Positions 40,268-50,442 of a DNA stretch of 54,902 bases are shown in pieces (within the stretch, counting starts at the first letter, position 1; every line of letters begins with the position of its first letter). The translations under genes and the position numbers were made by a program. Source of the stretch: an uncultured bacterium (lineage in GTDB: Bacteria; Gemmatimonadota; Gemmatimonadetes; Gemmatimonadales; Gemmatimonadaceae). A model generated the notes under the pieces. It made no database searches and was not told where the DNA came from. It saw only the letters and a list, made by a program, of their open reading frames with translations. The DNA is taken from NCBI GenBank assembly GCA_963978095.1, contig CAXBQP010000013.1, forward strand, positions 1 through 54,902, in the 5' to 3' direction.

Positions 40268-41204
40268 GAATTCTCGGTATCGCACCATCGCACGCATCAC
40301 GCTCGGTGTTTCGCTCGCCGCGTGTGCGCGTGATGCGCATACGGGCGCGCCGGCCGCCGTCCGCGTCGACGACTTCGGTGATACGATTCCGTCGACGCTG
40401 CACGCGCAGCGCATCGTCTCTCTGAGTCCCGTGACCACCGAACTCCTGTTCGCGCTCGGTGCTGGAGGGCGCGTGGTCGGCCGGACTCACTGGGACAGCT
40501 ACCCTGCCGAGGCGCGCGTCGTACCGGACGTCGGCGACGGCATGCAGCCCAATATCGAGGCGGTTCTTGGCGCACGCCCGGATCTGGTGGTGCTCTACGC
40601 GAGCGCGTCCAATCGGTCGGCGGCGCGCCGACTCCGGCAAGCGGGTGTCGCCACCATTGCGATGCACCAGGATCGGGCCGACGACTTCCGACGCACCGCG
40701 CGTGTGCTCGGCCTCGCGCTCGGAGACTCGGCGCGCGGTGCCGCGCTCGGCGACCGGGTGCTCGCAGAGATTCAGGCCGTGCGTACGAGCACGACGCGCG
40801 CGGACGGACCACCCGCGCCCCGTCCATCGATCTTCTGGCATGTCTGGGATGCGCCCGTGTACACCATCGGGAGCTCCAGTTATCTGGACGAGTTGGTCTC
40901 GGCGGCTGGGGCGGTGAACATCTTTGGCGACCGTCCCGAGTCCGCGCCGCAAGTATCGCTCGAGGAGGTGGTACGGCGCGATCCGGACTTTGTACTCGCC
41001 GGCCCCACGAGCGCGCCGAAGCTCCTCGTCAATCCCGCGTGGCGGGCCGTGCGCGCTGTTCGCGAAGGACGGGTGCTGGTGATGGATACAGCACTCGTCG
41101 GTCGCCCCGGCATTCGCATGGGGGAGGCGGCACGCTGGATTCGCACGCGACTCGACTCGGCCGCTGCTGCCATGCCGCGGAAAGCCAACGCCGTGAAGCG
41201 CTAG
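40266..41204 (+). CDS. btuF: Cobalamin ABC transporter substrate-binding lipoprotein
   Basis: LAA-C lipobox; RIVSLSP..TELLFALG, PNIEAVL..RPDLVV, GAVNIF; downstream of B12 riboswitch. Confidence 0.85.
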   Translation: MNSRYRTIARITLGVSLAACARDAHTGAPAAVRVDDFGDTIPSTLHAQRIVSLSPVTTELLFALGAGGRVVGRTHWDSYPAEARVVPDVGDGMQPNIEAVLGARPDLVVLYASASNRSAARRLRQAGVATIAMHQDRADDFRRTARVLGLALGDSARGAALGDRVLAEIQAVRTSTTRADGPPAPRPSIFWHVWDAPVYTIGSSSYLDELVSAAGAVNIFGDRPESAPQVSLEEVVRRDPDFVLAGPTSAPKLLVNPAWRAVRAVREGRVLVMDTALVGRPGIRMGEAARWIRTRLDSAAAAMPRKANAVKR

Positions 41205-41207
41205 CCG

Positions 41208-42182
41208 ATGCGCCCGCGCGTCTGGGCCCTGCTTCTGACGGCACTCGTGCTCTCCGCAATCGCGGCGATCGCGCTCGGCTCGGTGAGCCTCTCCCCGGCC
41301 GCCGTCTGGGACGCCCTGCGTGGCCGCGGAGCACCGGACGCCGAGATGATCGTGCGCGTGCTGCGATTGCCCCGTGTGGTGCTCGGAATCGTGGTAGGGG
41401 CCGGACTCGGCATGAGCGGCGCGGCCCTGCAGGCCAACCTCCGGAACGCGCTCGCGGAACCGTACCTGCTCGGCGTGAGCGGCGGCGCCGCCGTCGGCGC
41501 CGTGCTCGCGACCGCGCTGTCCGTGACCTCCCCTGGTGTCGTCCCCCTCGCGGCGTTCGCGGGGTCGGTCTGCGCCGTGGTGTGTGTGCTGGCGGTCGCG
41601 CGGGCGGCGCGCGGTCCCGGTGATGCGCGGGTGCTGGTCATGGCCGGCGTGGTGGTCGGCGCCTTCGCCAACGCCGCGATCATGATCGTGATGGCGAATG
41701 TTCCCGATCAATCGGTGCGGAGCGCGCTCTGGTGGATGATGGGGTCGCTCGGTGACGCGTCCTGGGCGGGGGTTCGCTGGACGGCCGGCTACGTGACCGT
41801 TGGTGGACTCCTCCTGCTGGTGTATGGGCGTGAGATCGAGATTCTCGCACTTGGCGATGAGCCGGCGGCGGCGCTCGGCGTTGATCCCGTTTCGGCGACG
41901 AGACGGATCTTCCTGATCTCCTCATTGCTGGCGGCGGTCACCGTCGCGGCCGCGGGGCTCGTCGGCTTCGTGGGACTCGTCGTGCCGGCGATCGCCCGCT
42001 CGCTGGGCGCGCGCACCGTACGGGGGACGATCCTCGCGTCCGCGCTCGCTGGAGCCAGCCTCGTCGTGGGAGCTGATCTCGTGGCTCGCGTGGCGCGAGC
42101 CCCCGCGGAGCTACCGCTCGGAGCGGTGACGGCTCTGGTCGGAGTTCCGTTCTTCCTCCTGCGATTGCGGCGGCTGTCATGA
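41208..42182 (+). CDS. btuC: Cobalamin ABC transporter permease (FecCD family)
   Basis: LRLPRVVLG, RNALAEPYLLGVSGGA, GFVGLVVP, ELPLGAVTALVGVPFF. Confidence 0.85.
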   Translation: MRPRVWALLLTALVLSAIAAIALGSVSLSPAAVWDALRGRGAPDAEMIVRVLRLPRVVLGIVVGAGLGMSGAALQANLRNALAEPYLLGVSGGAAVGAVLATALSVTSPGVVPLAAFAGSVCAVVCVLAVARAARGPGDARVLVMAGVVVGAFANAAIMIVMANVPDQSVRSALWWMMGSLGDASWAGVRWTAGYVTVGGLLLLVYGREIEILALGDEPAAALGVDPVSATRRIFLISSLLAAVTVAAAGLVGFVGLVVPAIARSLGARTVRGTILASALAGASLVVGADLVARVARAPAELPLGAVTALVGVPFFLLRLRRLS

Positions 42183-42967
42183 TCCGGTTCGAGGGCGTGA
42201 CCGTGCGGTACCCCGGTCAGCGGACGACCGCCGTGCGATCATTCTCACTGTCGGTACGGCCAGGTGAAGTCACGGCGGTCGTCGGACCCAACGGCAGTGG
42301 CAAGAGCACCGTGGTTCGTACGCTGCTGGGGCGAGTCGGCCTGGAGTCGGGTTCCGTGACAGTCGATGAAGTGTCGCTCGCGGCCCTGTCTCGGCGCGAC
42401 GTGGCTCGCCGCATGGCGGTCGTGACGCAGCGCGAAGAGCCGGTGTTCCCGATGCTGGTGCGGGATTTCATCGCACTGGGCCGATTCGCCCACGGTTCTC
42501 TCTGGGCGGGCCCGACGTCCGGTGATGTGGGGATTGTCGAGTCGTCCGCGGAGCGGGCCGGCGTCGCGGCATTCTTGGACCGTCGGACCGACGCGTTGTC
42601 GGGCGGTGAATGGCAGCGCGTACGCATCGCCCGCGCGTTGGCGCAGCAGGCCCCGTCGCTCGTGTTGGACGAGCCGACGACCTTCCTGGATGTCGCGCAC
42701 GAGATGTCGGTGTTCGAACTGCTGGACGAGCTCGCGCACGACGGCGTCGCCGTTCTGCTGGTCAGTCATCAACTGAATCTGGTGGCACGCTTCGCCGACC
42801 GGATCGCGCTGTTGCACGCTGGCGAGGTGGTGGCCGTTGGGTCGCCGTCCGAGGTCATGCGCGGTGAACTGTTGGAACGCGTCTACGAGTGGCCACTCGT
42901 CGTATCGCGCGATCCCGCCGTCGGCGCGCCCATGTTGGTTCCACTCCGAGGGAGAGTTGCCAGATGA
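42179..42967 (+). CDS. btuD: Cobalamin ABC transporter ATPase
   Basis: GPNGSGKST, LSGGEWQRVRIARALAQ, LDEPTTFLD. Confidence 0.85.
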   Translation: MIRFEGVTVRYPGQRTTAVRSFSLSVRPGEVTAVVGPNGSGKSTVVRTLLGRVGLESGSVTVDEVSLAALSRRDVARRMAVVTQREEPVFPMLVRDFIALGRFAHGSLWAGPTSGDVGIVESSAERAGVAAFLDRRTDALSGGEWQRVRIARALAQQAPSLVLDEPTTFLDVAHEMSVFELLDELAHDGVAVLLVSHQLNLVARFADRIALLHAGEVVAVGSPSEVMRGELLERVYEWPLVVSRDPAVGAPMLVPLRGRVAR

Positions 42968-44922
42968 ATCACACGCGAGTCCTGCCGTTCCTGTTCGCCG
43001 CGTTGTCGTCACGCGTGGCCGCGCAACAACCCGGGCCGATGGGCGCCCGCGATACCCTCGCGACGGTCGTTGTGACGGCGACGCGCGTCCCCGTCTCCAC
43101 TAATGCCCCAACCGCCAGCACGACCGTGCTGACGGGCGATGCGATCCGCGCCCAAGGGATCACCAGAATCAGTGATGCTCTGCGCACGGTGCCGGGGGTG
43201 CAAATGGTGCAGAGCGGACCACAGGGAGCGCTGACGTCGCTCTTCGTGCGCGGAGGGAACAGCAACTACGTGCGCGTGCTCGTCGACGGCGTCGCCGTGA
43301 ACGATGCGGGCGGCGCCTTCGACTTCTCGTCCCTGAGCACCGACAACATCGATCGCATTGAAATCGTTCGAGGGCCGGCCAGCGTGCTCTACGGTTCGGA
43401 CGCCGTGACCGGCGTGATCCAGATCATCACGCGGGACGGACGTGGCACGGCGGGATTCAGCATGGAAGCCGGCGGTGGCGCGCGGGGGGCAAAACGCGGC
43501 TCGATCGGGATGCAGGGCGGGGCTGCCGGAGCGAGTTACTCCATTCTGGCGGCTCGTCAGTCGACCGACGGCATCCTGCCCTTCAACAACAAGAACGTGA
43601 CGGATGCCCTCAGCGCGGCCGCGCGTTTCTCCAACGGGATCACCGAAGCACGCGTCGCGGCCCGGTGGTCCGCATCGCTCTATCAGTACCCCACTGAGTT
43701 CGACGGCACCGTGGCCGACCGAAACGCGGAGCAGGTGGATCATCGATTGGTGGTGTCGGCGGATCTTGCGCACCGCCTGTCGACGAACCTCATGGTGCAT
43801 CTCCTCCTCGGGTCGAACGAGTACCTCCCCCGGTCGAACGACGGCCCCGACACGCCGGCCGACACACTCGGGTTCTATGGCTACTTCTCCCGCTCCGTTC
43901 GCACGCGGCGATCGGCGGAGGCCAGACTTGATTATCGGCTTGCCGATCGGAGCACCTTCACGGTCGGAGGAGAAGTGGCGCGCGATCGCGAGCGCACATC
44001 ATCGCTCTCGCTCAGTGAATACGGGAACTCCCCGGACGCGTTCGAGGCGGCGCGTCACAACAGTGCGCTCTATGCCCAGTTGCTCGGTGATGTGTCGTCA
44101 CGACTGTCGTACAGCGTCGGTGCGCGCCTGGACCAGAACAGCGCCTTCGGCATTTTCCGAACGGCGCGCGTGAGCACGGCCTGGGCGGTGAATGGCACCA
44201 CGCGCCTCCGCGCGTCCATCGGGAATGCCTTCAAGGCCCCGAGTTTCTATGAGAACTTCGCGACCGGCTACGTGACGGGGAATCCGGCGCTCCGGCCCGA
44301 GCGCTCGCGCAGCAGCGAGGTCGGCTTCGAGCGCGTGGGACAGGACGGGACCGTTGCGTTGCGCGGGACGCTCTTCACGCAGCAGTTCACCGATGTCATC
44401 CAATACAACGGCACGGCGCCGGCTCCCGGCGCGCCGAACTACTACAATGTCGCCGCCGCGAAGGCCGACGGCGCCGAAGTCTCGGTGGAGTGGAAGTTGT
44501 CCGCCCTGTCCTCGGTCACGGCATCACACACCTGGACGGACACCCGCACGACACAGGCAGGGTTCGACAAGTCCGCGGGGGCGAACTACGTGGTGGGGGA
44601 GCGCCTGATCCGTCGTCCGTCGCAGAGCAGCACCATCAGCGCTGAACAGCGCTGGTCGGATGGGTCACGATTCCAGGTGACGGCGATGCGCGTCGGCGAG
44701 CGCGCCGATCGGGATTTCGCCGCGTACCCGAGCACCGCCGTGTCGCTCCCGGCGTACACCCGGGTGGACGCGTCAATCATGCTTCCGTTCGCGGGGAGTG
44801 ATGCCAACGGTCCCCACGTGATTCTCAGTGGCAGCAACATCTTCAATGCCGCCTACGAGGAAGTGCTTCACTTTCCGGCGCCGGGTCGGCTCTGGTACGT
44901 CGGGGTCCGTTTCGGACGCTAG
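42964..44922 (+). CDS. btuB: TonB-dependent cobalamin receptor
   Basis: TonB box DTLATVVVTATR, VRGGNSN..RVLVDGV, IEIVRGPASVLYGSDAVTGVI, GNPALRPE, C-terminal YVGVRF. Confidence 0.88.
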   Translation: MNHTRVLPFLFAALSSRVAAQQPGPMGARDTLATVVVTATRVPVSTNAPTASTTVLTGDAIRAQGITRISDALRTVPGVQMVQSGPQGALTSLFVRGGNSNYVRVLVDGVAVNDAGGAFDFSSLSTDNIDRIEIVRGPASVLYGSDAVTGVIQIITRDGRGTAGFSMEAGGGARGAKRGSIGMQGGAAGASYSILAARQSTDGILPFNNKNVTDALSAAARFSNGITEARVAARWSASLYQYPTEFDGTVADRNAEQVDHRLVVSADLAHRLSTNLMVHLLLGSNEYLPRSNDGPDTPADTLGFYGYFSRSVRTRRSAEARLDYRLADRSTFTVGGEVARDRERTSSLSLSEYGNSPDAFEAARHNSALYAQLLGDVSSRLSYSVGARLDQNSAFGIFRTARVSTAWAVNGTTRLRASIGNAFKAPSFYENFATGYVTGNPALRPERSRSSEVGFERVGQDGTVALRGTLFTQQFTDVIQYNGTAPAPGAPNYYNVAAAKADGAEVSVEWKLSALSSVTASHTWTDTRTTQAGFDKSAGANYVVGERLIRRPSQSSTISAEQRWSDGSRFQVTAMRVGERADRDFAAYPSTAVSLPAYTRVDASIMLPFAGSDANGPHVILSGSNIFNAAYEEVLHFPAPGRLWYVGVRFGR

Positions 44923-44997
44923 GCTGCCGGGTCCGCCCGGTCGTCCGGCGCCGGGTGCCGGTGACCGCCCCACGGAGTCAGGCGCTAACTTTCGGAC

Positions 44998-45774
44998 GTG
45001 CGCACTCTCGCGACCGACGCCATCGTCCTGCATGCGTTCGATTACAGGGAAACCTCTCGCATCGTGCGGCTGGCCACGCGCGATGTGGGGATGGTCTCGG
45101 TCATCGCGCGCGGCGCGCGTCGTCCGAAGAGCAAGTTCGGGAGCGCGTTCGATCTCTTCACCAGCGGTGTCGCGGAGCTCGCGATGCATCCGTCAGGCGA
45201 TCTGCACGCGCTGCGTGCATTCGACACTGTGCGAACGCGTCCGCAACTCGGTGCGTCGCTCGGGCGGTTCGGGGCAGCCGAGGCGCTCTCGGAAGTGTGC
45301 ATGCGGTTCGGCCAAGAGGACGATTCGGGGCGGGTCTTCGAGGCGGCGGAGCGAGCGCTCGACAGGATCGGTCAGGCCGCGCCGGCCCAGGTCGCCGAAG
45401 CGGCGATGGCCGGCCTCTGGCTGTTCGTCGCGGGACTCGGCTTGGCGCCCTCCTTGGATATCTGTGCGTCCTGCCACGCAGCGATCCCGCCTGCGTCCCC
45501 CGTGACGTTTCACCACCGGGCCGGTGGAGCGCTGTGCGGCGCGTGCGCGCGTCGTGCGAGCGGCGGCAGAACGCTGCCCCCTGAGGCGCGTGCGGCGATC
45601 CTGACTTGGCTGGAGGGGCGCGACGCCCCGATTCCTGACGAGGCGAGCGCGCGCGCCCATCGTCGATTGTTGCGCGAGTTCCTCGAGGAGCACGTCGGGG
45701 ACGGTCGTCCGTTGCGCGCCTTTCTGAGCTGGGACGAGTTGCGGTCGGATCCCCGGCTGGGTGCAAGCCGATGA
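44998..45774 (+). CDS. recO: DNA repair protein RecO
   Basis: DAIVL...DYRETSRIV.L.TR..G.VSVIARGARRPKS; CxxC...CxxC zinc finger. Confidence 0.92.
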   Translation: MRTLATDAIVLHAFDYRETSRIVRLATRDVGMVSVIARGARRPKSKFGSAFDLFTSGVAELAMHPSGDLHALRAFDTVRTRPQLGASLGRFGAAEALSEVCMRFGQEDDSGRVFEAAERALDRIGQAAPAQVAEAAMAGLWLFVAGLGLAPSLDICASCHAAIPPASPVTFHHRAGGALCGACARRASGGRTLPPEARAAILTWLEGRDAPIPDEASARAHRRLLREFLEEHVGDGRPLRAFLSWDELRSDPRLGASR

Positions 45775-47645
45775 TCCTGGGAACGGCGGGACATATCGAC
45801 CACGGCAAGACGACGCTCGTGCGAGCCCTCACCGGCATCGACACCGATCGGTTGCCTGAAGAGAAGCGTCGCGGCATCACGATCGAGTTGGGCTTCGCGC
45901 CCCTGACGCTCGATGGCGTCGGCACACTCGGCGTGGTGGACGTGCCGGGGCACGAAGCTTTCGTGCGGACGATGTTGGCTGGTGCGACGGGTGTGGATAT
46001 CGCACTCCTGGTGATCGCCGCCGATGAAGGGCCGATGCCCCAGACGCGGGAACATCTGGCGATTCTGTCGCTCTTGGGGATCGCCGGGGGAGTGATCGCA
46101 CTCACGAAATCCGACCTGGTCGATGCGGCCTGGTGCGAGTTGGTCGAGGAGGAGGTGCGTGCACTCCTGGTGGGGACGCCGCTCGCGGCCGCCCCGATCG
46201 TCCGGTGTTCGGCGAGCACGGGGGAGGGGCTTCCTGCCCTGCGTGTGGCGCTCGCTGCAGCCGCGCGGCAGGTCCCCGGACGCCGAACGGACGATGTGCT
46301 CCGATTGCCGATCGACCGGGTCTTCACGGTAAAAGGCACCGGCACGGTCGTGACCGGAACGTTGTGGAGCGGTTCGGTCGCCCGTGAGGATTCCGTCGTG
46401 CTGCTCGATTGGGGGCGTTCCGTGGTCGGCCGGGGACGCGCGCTCCGGGTGCGAGGCGTGGAACAACACGGCGCCAGTGTGCCATCGGCGACCCCCGGCT
46501 CGAGAGTAGCGCTCGCCTTGGCCGGCGCGGATCTCGGGGATCTGTCCCGTGGGGATGTGTTGGTGCGTGCGGATTCGCCATGGCAAGATACCGGGCACGT
46601 GCGAGCGGATCTCGCACTCTTGCCAGGCGCGGCCTCGCTGGGACCGCGCACCAAAGTGCGGTTGCATATCGGCACGCGTGAGGTCGGCGCGCGCGTCATT
46701 GCGCGCGATGGACGTATCGAGCCCGGCGCGACCATTACCGTGCGGATCGCGACAGACGCTCCGATCTTCGCACGCGGCGGGGATCGATTCGTGCTGCGTT
46801 CGGCCTCCCCGCTCGCGACGATCGGCGGCGGCGTCGTCACCGACCCGTGGACGACGCGGCGTGCCAAGCCGTGGCCGCATCCGTTTGCAAAGCCCCAAGA
46901 GCGGCTGGCGTGGCTGGTCCACGAGTCCGCTTCCCGCGGGTTGCCGGCGCATGATGTGCCAATCAAACTCGGCCTGACACCGAGCGATGCCGAGGCGCTC
47001 GTTGCGAAGGAGCGTGACGTCGTGCGGAGTGGTGGGCGACTTTTCTCCAAGACGGTGCGGGTGGCGTTGCGGAATCGCCTGAAGGCCAAGGTTGACGAGT
47101 ATCATCGTGCTCATCCGCTGGAACCCGGGATGCCACGGGAACTGGCGCGGGCGGCAGTGGCAACGTCGGACGCGCTGTTCGAGGACCTGTTGGCCGAGCT
47201 CGCGGAGAAGGGCGTGTTGCTACCCCCGGGCAAGCTCATTGCGCGGGTAGGCTTCGATCCCGCCGCGGCCGCGGGTGACGCTCGGCTCTTGGATCAGATC
47301 GCCGAAGTGTTGGAGGCAGGTGGTGCCGAGCCCCCGGGGACCAACGAGCTGGTGGCTCGCTTCGGGCCGCGTACTCCGGCGCTGCTGCGGCTTCTGGAAC
47401 GCACCAACCGCGCGGTCGCGGTCAGTCAGGACCGGTTCTATGGTTCCGTGTCGCTGGCAGAGCTGGAACGACGGCTCGCCGCCAGTACCGCCGGTGGCGG
47501 CAGATTCACGGCGTCGCAACTCCGTGAGGCACTGGGACTTAGCCGGAAGTTCCTGATTCCCTTGCTCGAGTACTGCGACCGGGTCGGCTACAGTCGGCGT
47601 GATGGTGATTTCCGGACCTTTCGGTGGCCGACCTCCACAACATAG
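45771..47645 (+). CDS. selB: Selenocysteine-specific elongation factor
   Basis: MILGTAGHIDHGKTTL, DRLPEEKRRGITIELGFA, IDRVF..GTVVTGT, C-terminal SRKFLIPLLEYCD winged helix. Confidence 0.94.
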   Translation: MILGTAGHIDHGKTTLVRALTGIDTDRLPEEKRRGITIELGFAPLTLDGVGTLGVVDVPGHEAFVRTMLAGATGVDIALLVIAADEGPMPQTREHLAILSLLGIAGGVIALTKSDLVDAAWCELVEEEVRALLVGTPLAAAPIVRCSASTGEGLPALRVALAAAARQVPGRRTDDVLRLPIDRVFTVKGTGTVVTGTLWSGSVAREDSVVLLDWGRSVVGRGRALRVRGVEQHGASVPSATPGSRVALALAGADLGDLSRGDVLVRADSPWQDTGHVRADLALLPGAASLGPRTKVRLHIGTREVGARVIARDGRIEPGATITVRIATDAPIFARGGDRFVLRSASPLATIGGGVVTDPWTTRRAKPWPHPFAKPQERLAWLVHESASRGLPAHDVPIKLGLTPSDAEALVAKERDVVRSGGRLFSKTVRVALRNRLKAKVDEYHRAHPLEPGMPRELARAAVATSDALFEDLLAELAEKGVLLPPGKLIARVGFDPAAAAGDARLLDQIAEVLEAGGAEPPGTNELVARFGPRTPALLRLLERTNRAVAVSQDRFYGSVSLAELERRLAASTAGGGRFTASQLREALGLSRKFLIPLLEYCDRVGYSRRDGDFRTFRWPTSTT

Positions 47646-47713
47646 CGTGTCCCGTATCGGCATGGTGTAAGCGTCAAGCTGACACACCTCACGCCATTCC
47701 GGCGTAACTTCCG

Positions 47714-47729
47714 TGGTATCAGTCTTGCT
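47714..47729 (+). promoter_or_regulatory. Putative sigma54 (-24/-12) promoter of clpB
   Basis: TGGTATCAGTCTTGCT: GG-N10-GC with TTGC, 62 bp before ATG. Confidence 0.65.
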
Positions 47730-47791
47730 CCGTTGCTGATCAGACACAGCGACCAGCGGACCGGTCGCGACGCCCTCATGATCAACAAAAT

Positions 47792-50380
47792 ATGAATCCC
47801 GAACGGCTCACCCAACGCAGCACCGAGGCGTTCAACCAAGCGCTGGCGTTGGCCAGGAAGAGCGGGAATCCGCTGGTCTACGACTCGCATCTCCTTCGGG
47901 CCCTGCTCGAACAGCAGGAGAGCATCGTCCAGCCGATCCTCAAACAGGTCGGAGTGGATGTCGACGCACTCACTGCGAGCGTCGACTCCGAGATCGCGCG
48001 CTACCCCAAGCAGTCGGACGCGAATCCCAGCTGGTCGCGCGAGCTGAACGGCGTCTACGATGAGGCGGACAAGCAAGCCAAGGCGCTGGGTGACGAATAC
48101 ATCTCTACCGAACACCTGTTGGTGGCGCTGGCGGGAACCAAGGGGGCCGAGTCGGTCGCGTTGCTCAAGACCGCCGGTACGACGCCGAAGCAACTCATGG
48201 AGGCGTTGAAGGCCGTCCGTGGCGCGCACAAAGTGACGGATCAGAACCCCGAGAATCAGTATCAGGCGCTCGCCAAGTTCACGCGCGATCTCACGGATCT
48301 GGCACGAAAGGGAAAGCTGGATCCGGTCATCGGGCGCGACGAGGAGATCCGGCGCGTGATCCAAGTGCTCTCGCGCCGCACGAAGAACAATCCTGTGCTC
48401 ATCGGCGAACCCGGCGTTGGCAAGACCGCGATCGCCGAAGGGTTGGCACAACGGATCGTGAACGGCGATGTCCCGGAGGGACTGAAGGGAAAGTCGCTGC
48501 TCTCGCTCGACCTTGGCGCCTTGATCGCCGGTGCGAAGTTCCGCGGCGAGTTCGAAGAGCGCCTCAAGGCCGTGCTCAAGGAGATCACGAGCGCCGAGGG
48601 GAGGTTCGTGATGTTCATCGACGAGATGCATACCATCGTCGGCGCGGGGAAGGCCGAAGGGTCGATGGACGCCGGGAACATGTTGAAGCCGATGCTCGCG
48701 CGCGGCGAGCTTCGCGTGGTCGGGGCCACGACGCTCGACGAATACCGCACACACATCGAGAAGGATCCGGCGCTCGAGCGGCGGTTCCAGCCGGTCTACG
48801 TCGGCGAGCCGACCGTGGAGAACACGATCGCCATCCTGCGCGGGCTCAAGGAACGGTACGAGTCGCATCACGGCGTGCGCATCACGGATGGCGCCGTCGT
48901 CGCCGCCGCGACGCTGAGCAACCGCTACATCGGCGACCGTTTCCTCCCCGACAAGGCGATCGACCTCGTCGACGAAGCGGCGAGCCGCCTCCGGATCGAG
49001 ATCGACTCCATGCCCCAGGAGATCGACGAGGTGGAGCGTCGCGTGGTCCAGCTCGAAATCGAGCGCCAAGCGCTCACCAAGGAGACGGACAAATCCTCCT
49101 TGGAGCGCAAGGCGGCCCTGGAGAAGTTGCTCGGCAACCTGCAGGAGCAAGCCGGCTCCATGAAGGCGCAGTGGCAGTCCGAAAAGAACGCACTCGGCGA
49201 CGTCGGGAAACTCAAGCAGCAGATCGAGGAGGCGCGCATCGAGGCGGAGCGCGCGACGCGCAGCGGTGACCTGGGTCGTGCCGCCGAGATCCAGTACGGC
49301 AAGGTGCCGGAGCTGGAACGACAGCTGAAGGATCGCGAGAGCAAGCTCGCCTCGCAGCAGGCCGGCGGCAGCCGATTCCTGAAGGAGGAGGTCACCGCGG
49401 AGGACATCGCCGAGATCGTCGCCAAATGGACCGGCATCCCCGTGACGCGGATGATGGAGAGCGAGAAGGCGCGGCTCACCAAACTGGATCAGCAACTGGC
49501 CAAGCAGGTGATCGGTCAGCCCGAGGCGGTACGCGCGGTGGCCGATGCCGTGCGGCGCTCGCGCGCCGGGTTGCAGGATCCCAACCGTCCCATCGGATCG
49601 TTCATCTTCCTCGGTCCCACGGGCGTCGGGAAGACCGAGACGGCGCGTGCGTTGGCCGGATTCCTGTTCGACGACGAGAACGCGATGGTCCGCATCGACA
49701 TGAGCGAATACATGGAGAAGCACGCGGTGTCGCGGTTGATCGGCGCTCCGCCGGGCTACGTCGGGTTCGAGGACGGGGGGCAACTCACGGAAGCGGTGCG
49801 TCGTCGCCCCTATGCCGTGATCCTGTTCGACGAGATCGAGAAGGCGCACCCGGATGTGTTCAACATCTTGCTGCAGATCCTCGACGACGGCCGCCTGACG
49901 GACAGCCAGGGGCGCACCGTGGATTTCCGCAACACCGTCGTCATCATGACGTCGAACATCGGCTCAAGTTGGATCCTCGAGCACGGTACCGACGATTGGG
50001 CACTCGTGGAGACGCAGGTCGGGCTGGCGCTCCGCGAGCAGTTCAAGCCCGAGTTCCTGAACCGCGTGGATGACACCATCATCTTCCATCCGCTGAGCGA
50101 AACGGATATCGGGCACATTGTGGAGTTGCAGTTGCATCGATTGGATGCATTGCTCGCCGATCGCAAGCTGGTCCTGCAGGTGACCGACGAGGCGAAGGCT
50201 TTCCTCGCGCACGAAGGGTACGATCCAGCCTTCGGCGCCCGCCCCCTCAAGCGGGCGATCCAGCGACATCTGCAGAACCCGCTCGCCATGGCGGTTCTGG
50301 CTGGCGAGTTCGCGGAAGGTGATACCATTCGTGCCGTGGTGCAGGGCGACGCCCTCGCCTTCACCAAATCGGCGGGCTGA
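47792..50380 (+). CDS. clpB: ATP-dependent chaperone ClpB
   Basis: [23 protein letters not shown], coiled-coil M domain, [19 protein letters not shown]. Confidence 0.97.
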   Translation: MNPERLTQRSTEAFNQALALARKSGNPLVYDSHLLRALLEQQESIVQPILKQVGVDVDALTASVDSEIARYPKQSDANPSWSRELNGVYDEADKQAKALGDEYISTEHLLVALAGTKGAESVALLKTAGTTPKQLMEALKAVRGAHKVTDQNPENQYQALAKFTRDLTDLARKGKLDPVIGRDEEIRRVIQVLSRRTKNNPVLIGEPGVGKTAIAEGLAQRIVNGDVPEGLKGKSLLSLDLGALIAGAKFRGEFEERLKAVLKEITSAEGRFVMFIDEMHTIVGAGKAEGSMDAGNMLKPMLARGELRVVGATTLDEYRTHIEKDPALERRFQPVYVGEPTVENTIAILRGLKERYESHHGVRITDGAVVAAATLSNRYIGDRFLPDKAIDLVDEAASRLRIEIDSMPQEIDEVERRVVQLEIERQALTKETDKSSLERKAALEKLLGNLQEQAGSMKAQWQSEKNALGDVGKLKQQIEEARIEAERATRSGDLGRAAEIQYGKVPELERQLKDRESKLASQQAGGSRFLKEEVTAEDIAEIVAKWTGIPVTRMMESEKARLTKLDQQLAKQVIGQPEAVRAVADAVRRSRAGLQDPNRPIGSFIFLGPTGVGKTETARALAGFLFDDENAMVRIDMSEYMEKHAVSRLIGAPPGYVGFEDGGQLTEAVRRRPYAVILFDEIEKAHPDVFNILLQILDDGRLTDSQGRTVDFRNTVVIMTSNIGSSWILEHGTDDWALVETQVGLALREQFKPEFLNRVDDTIIFHPLSETDIGHIVELQLHRLDALLADRKLVLQVTDEAKAFLAHEGYDPAFGARPLKRAIQRHLQNPLAMAVLAGEFAEGDTIRAVVQGDALAFTKSAG

Positions 50381-50392
50381 CCACGTCCCGTG

Positions 50393-50416
50393 GCGCCGGG
50401 CAGCGCGCCGGGCAGC
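50393..50416. repeat. Perfect 12-bp tandem duplication GCGCCGGGCAGC x2
   Basis: Read directly between the convergent clpB and peptidase stops. Confidence 0.8.
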
Positions 50417-50442
50417 CCTCCATGACGGGCGCCGCCCTCGCC

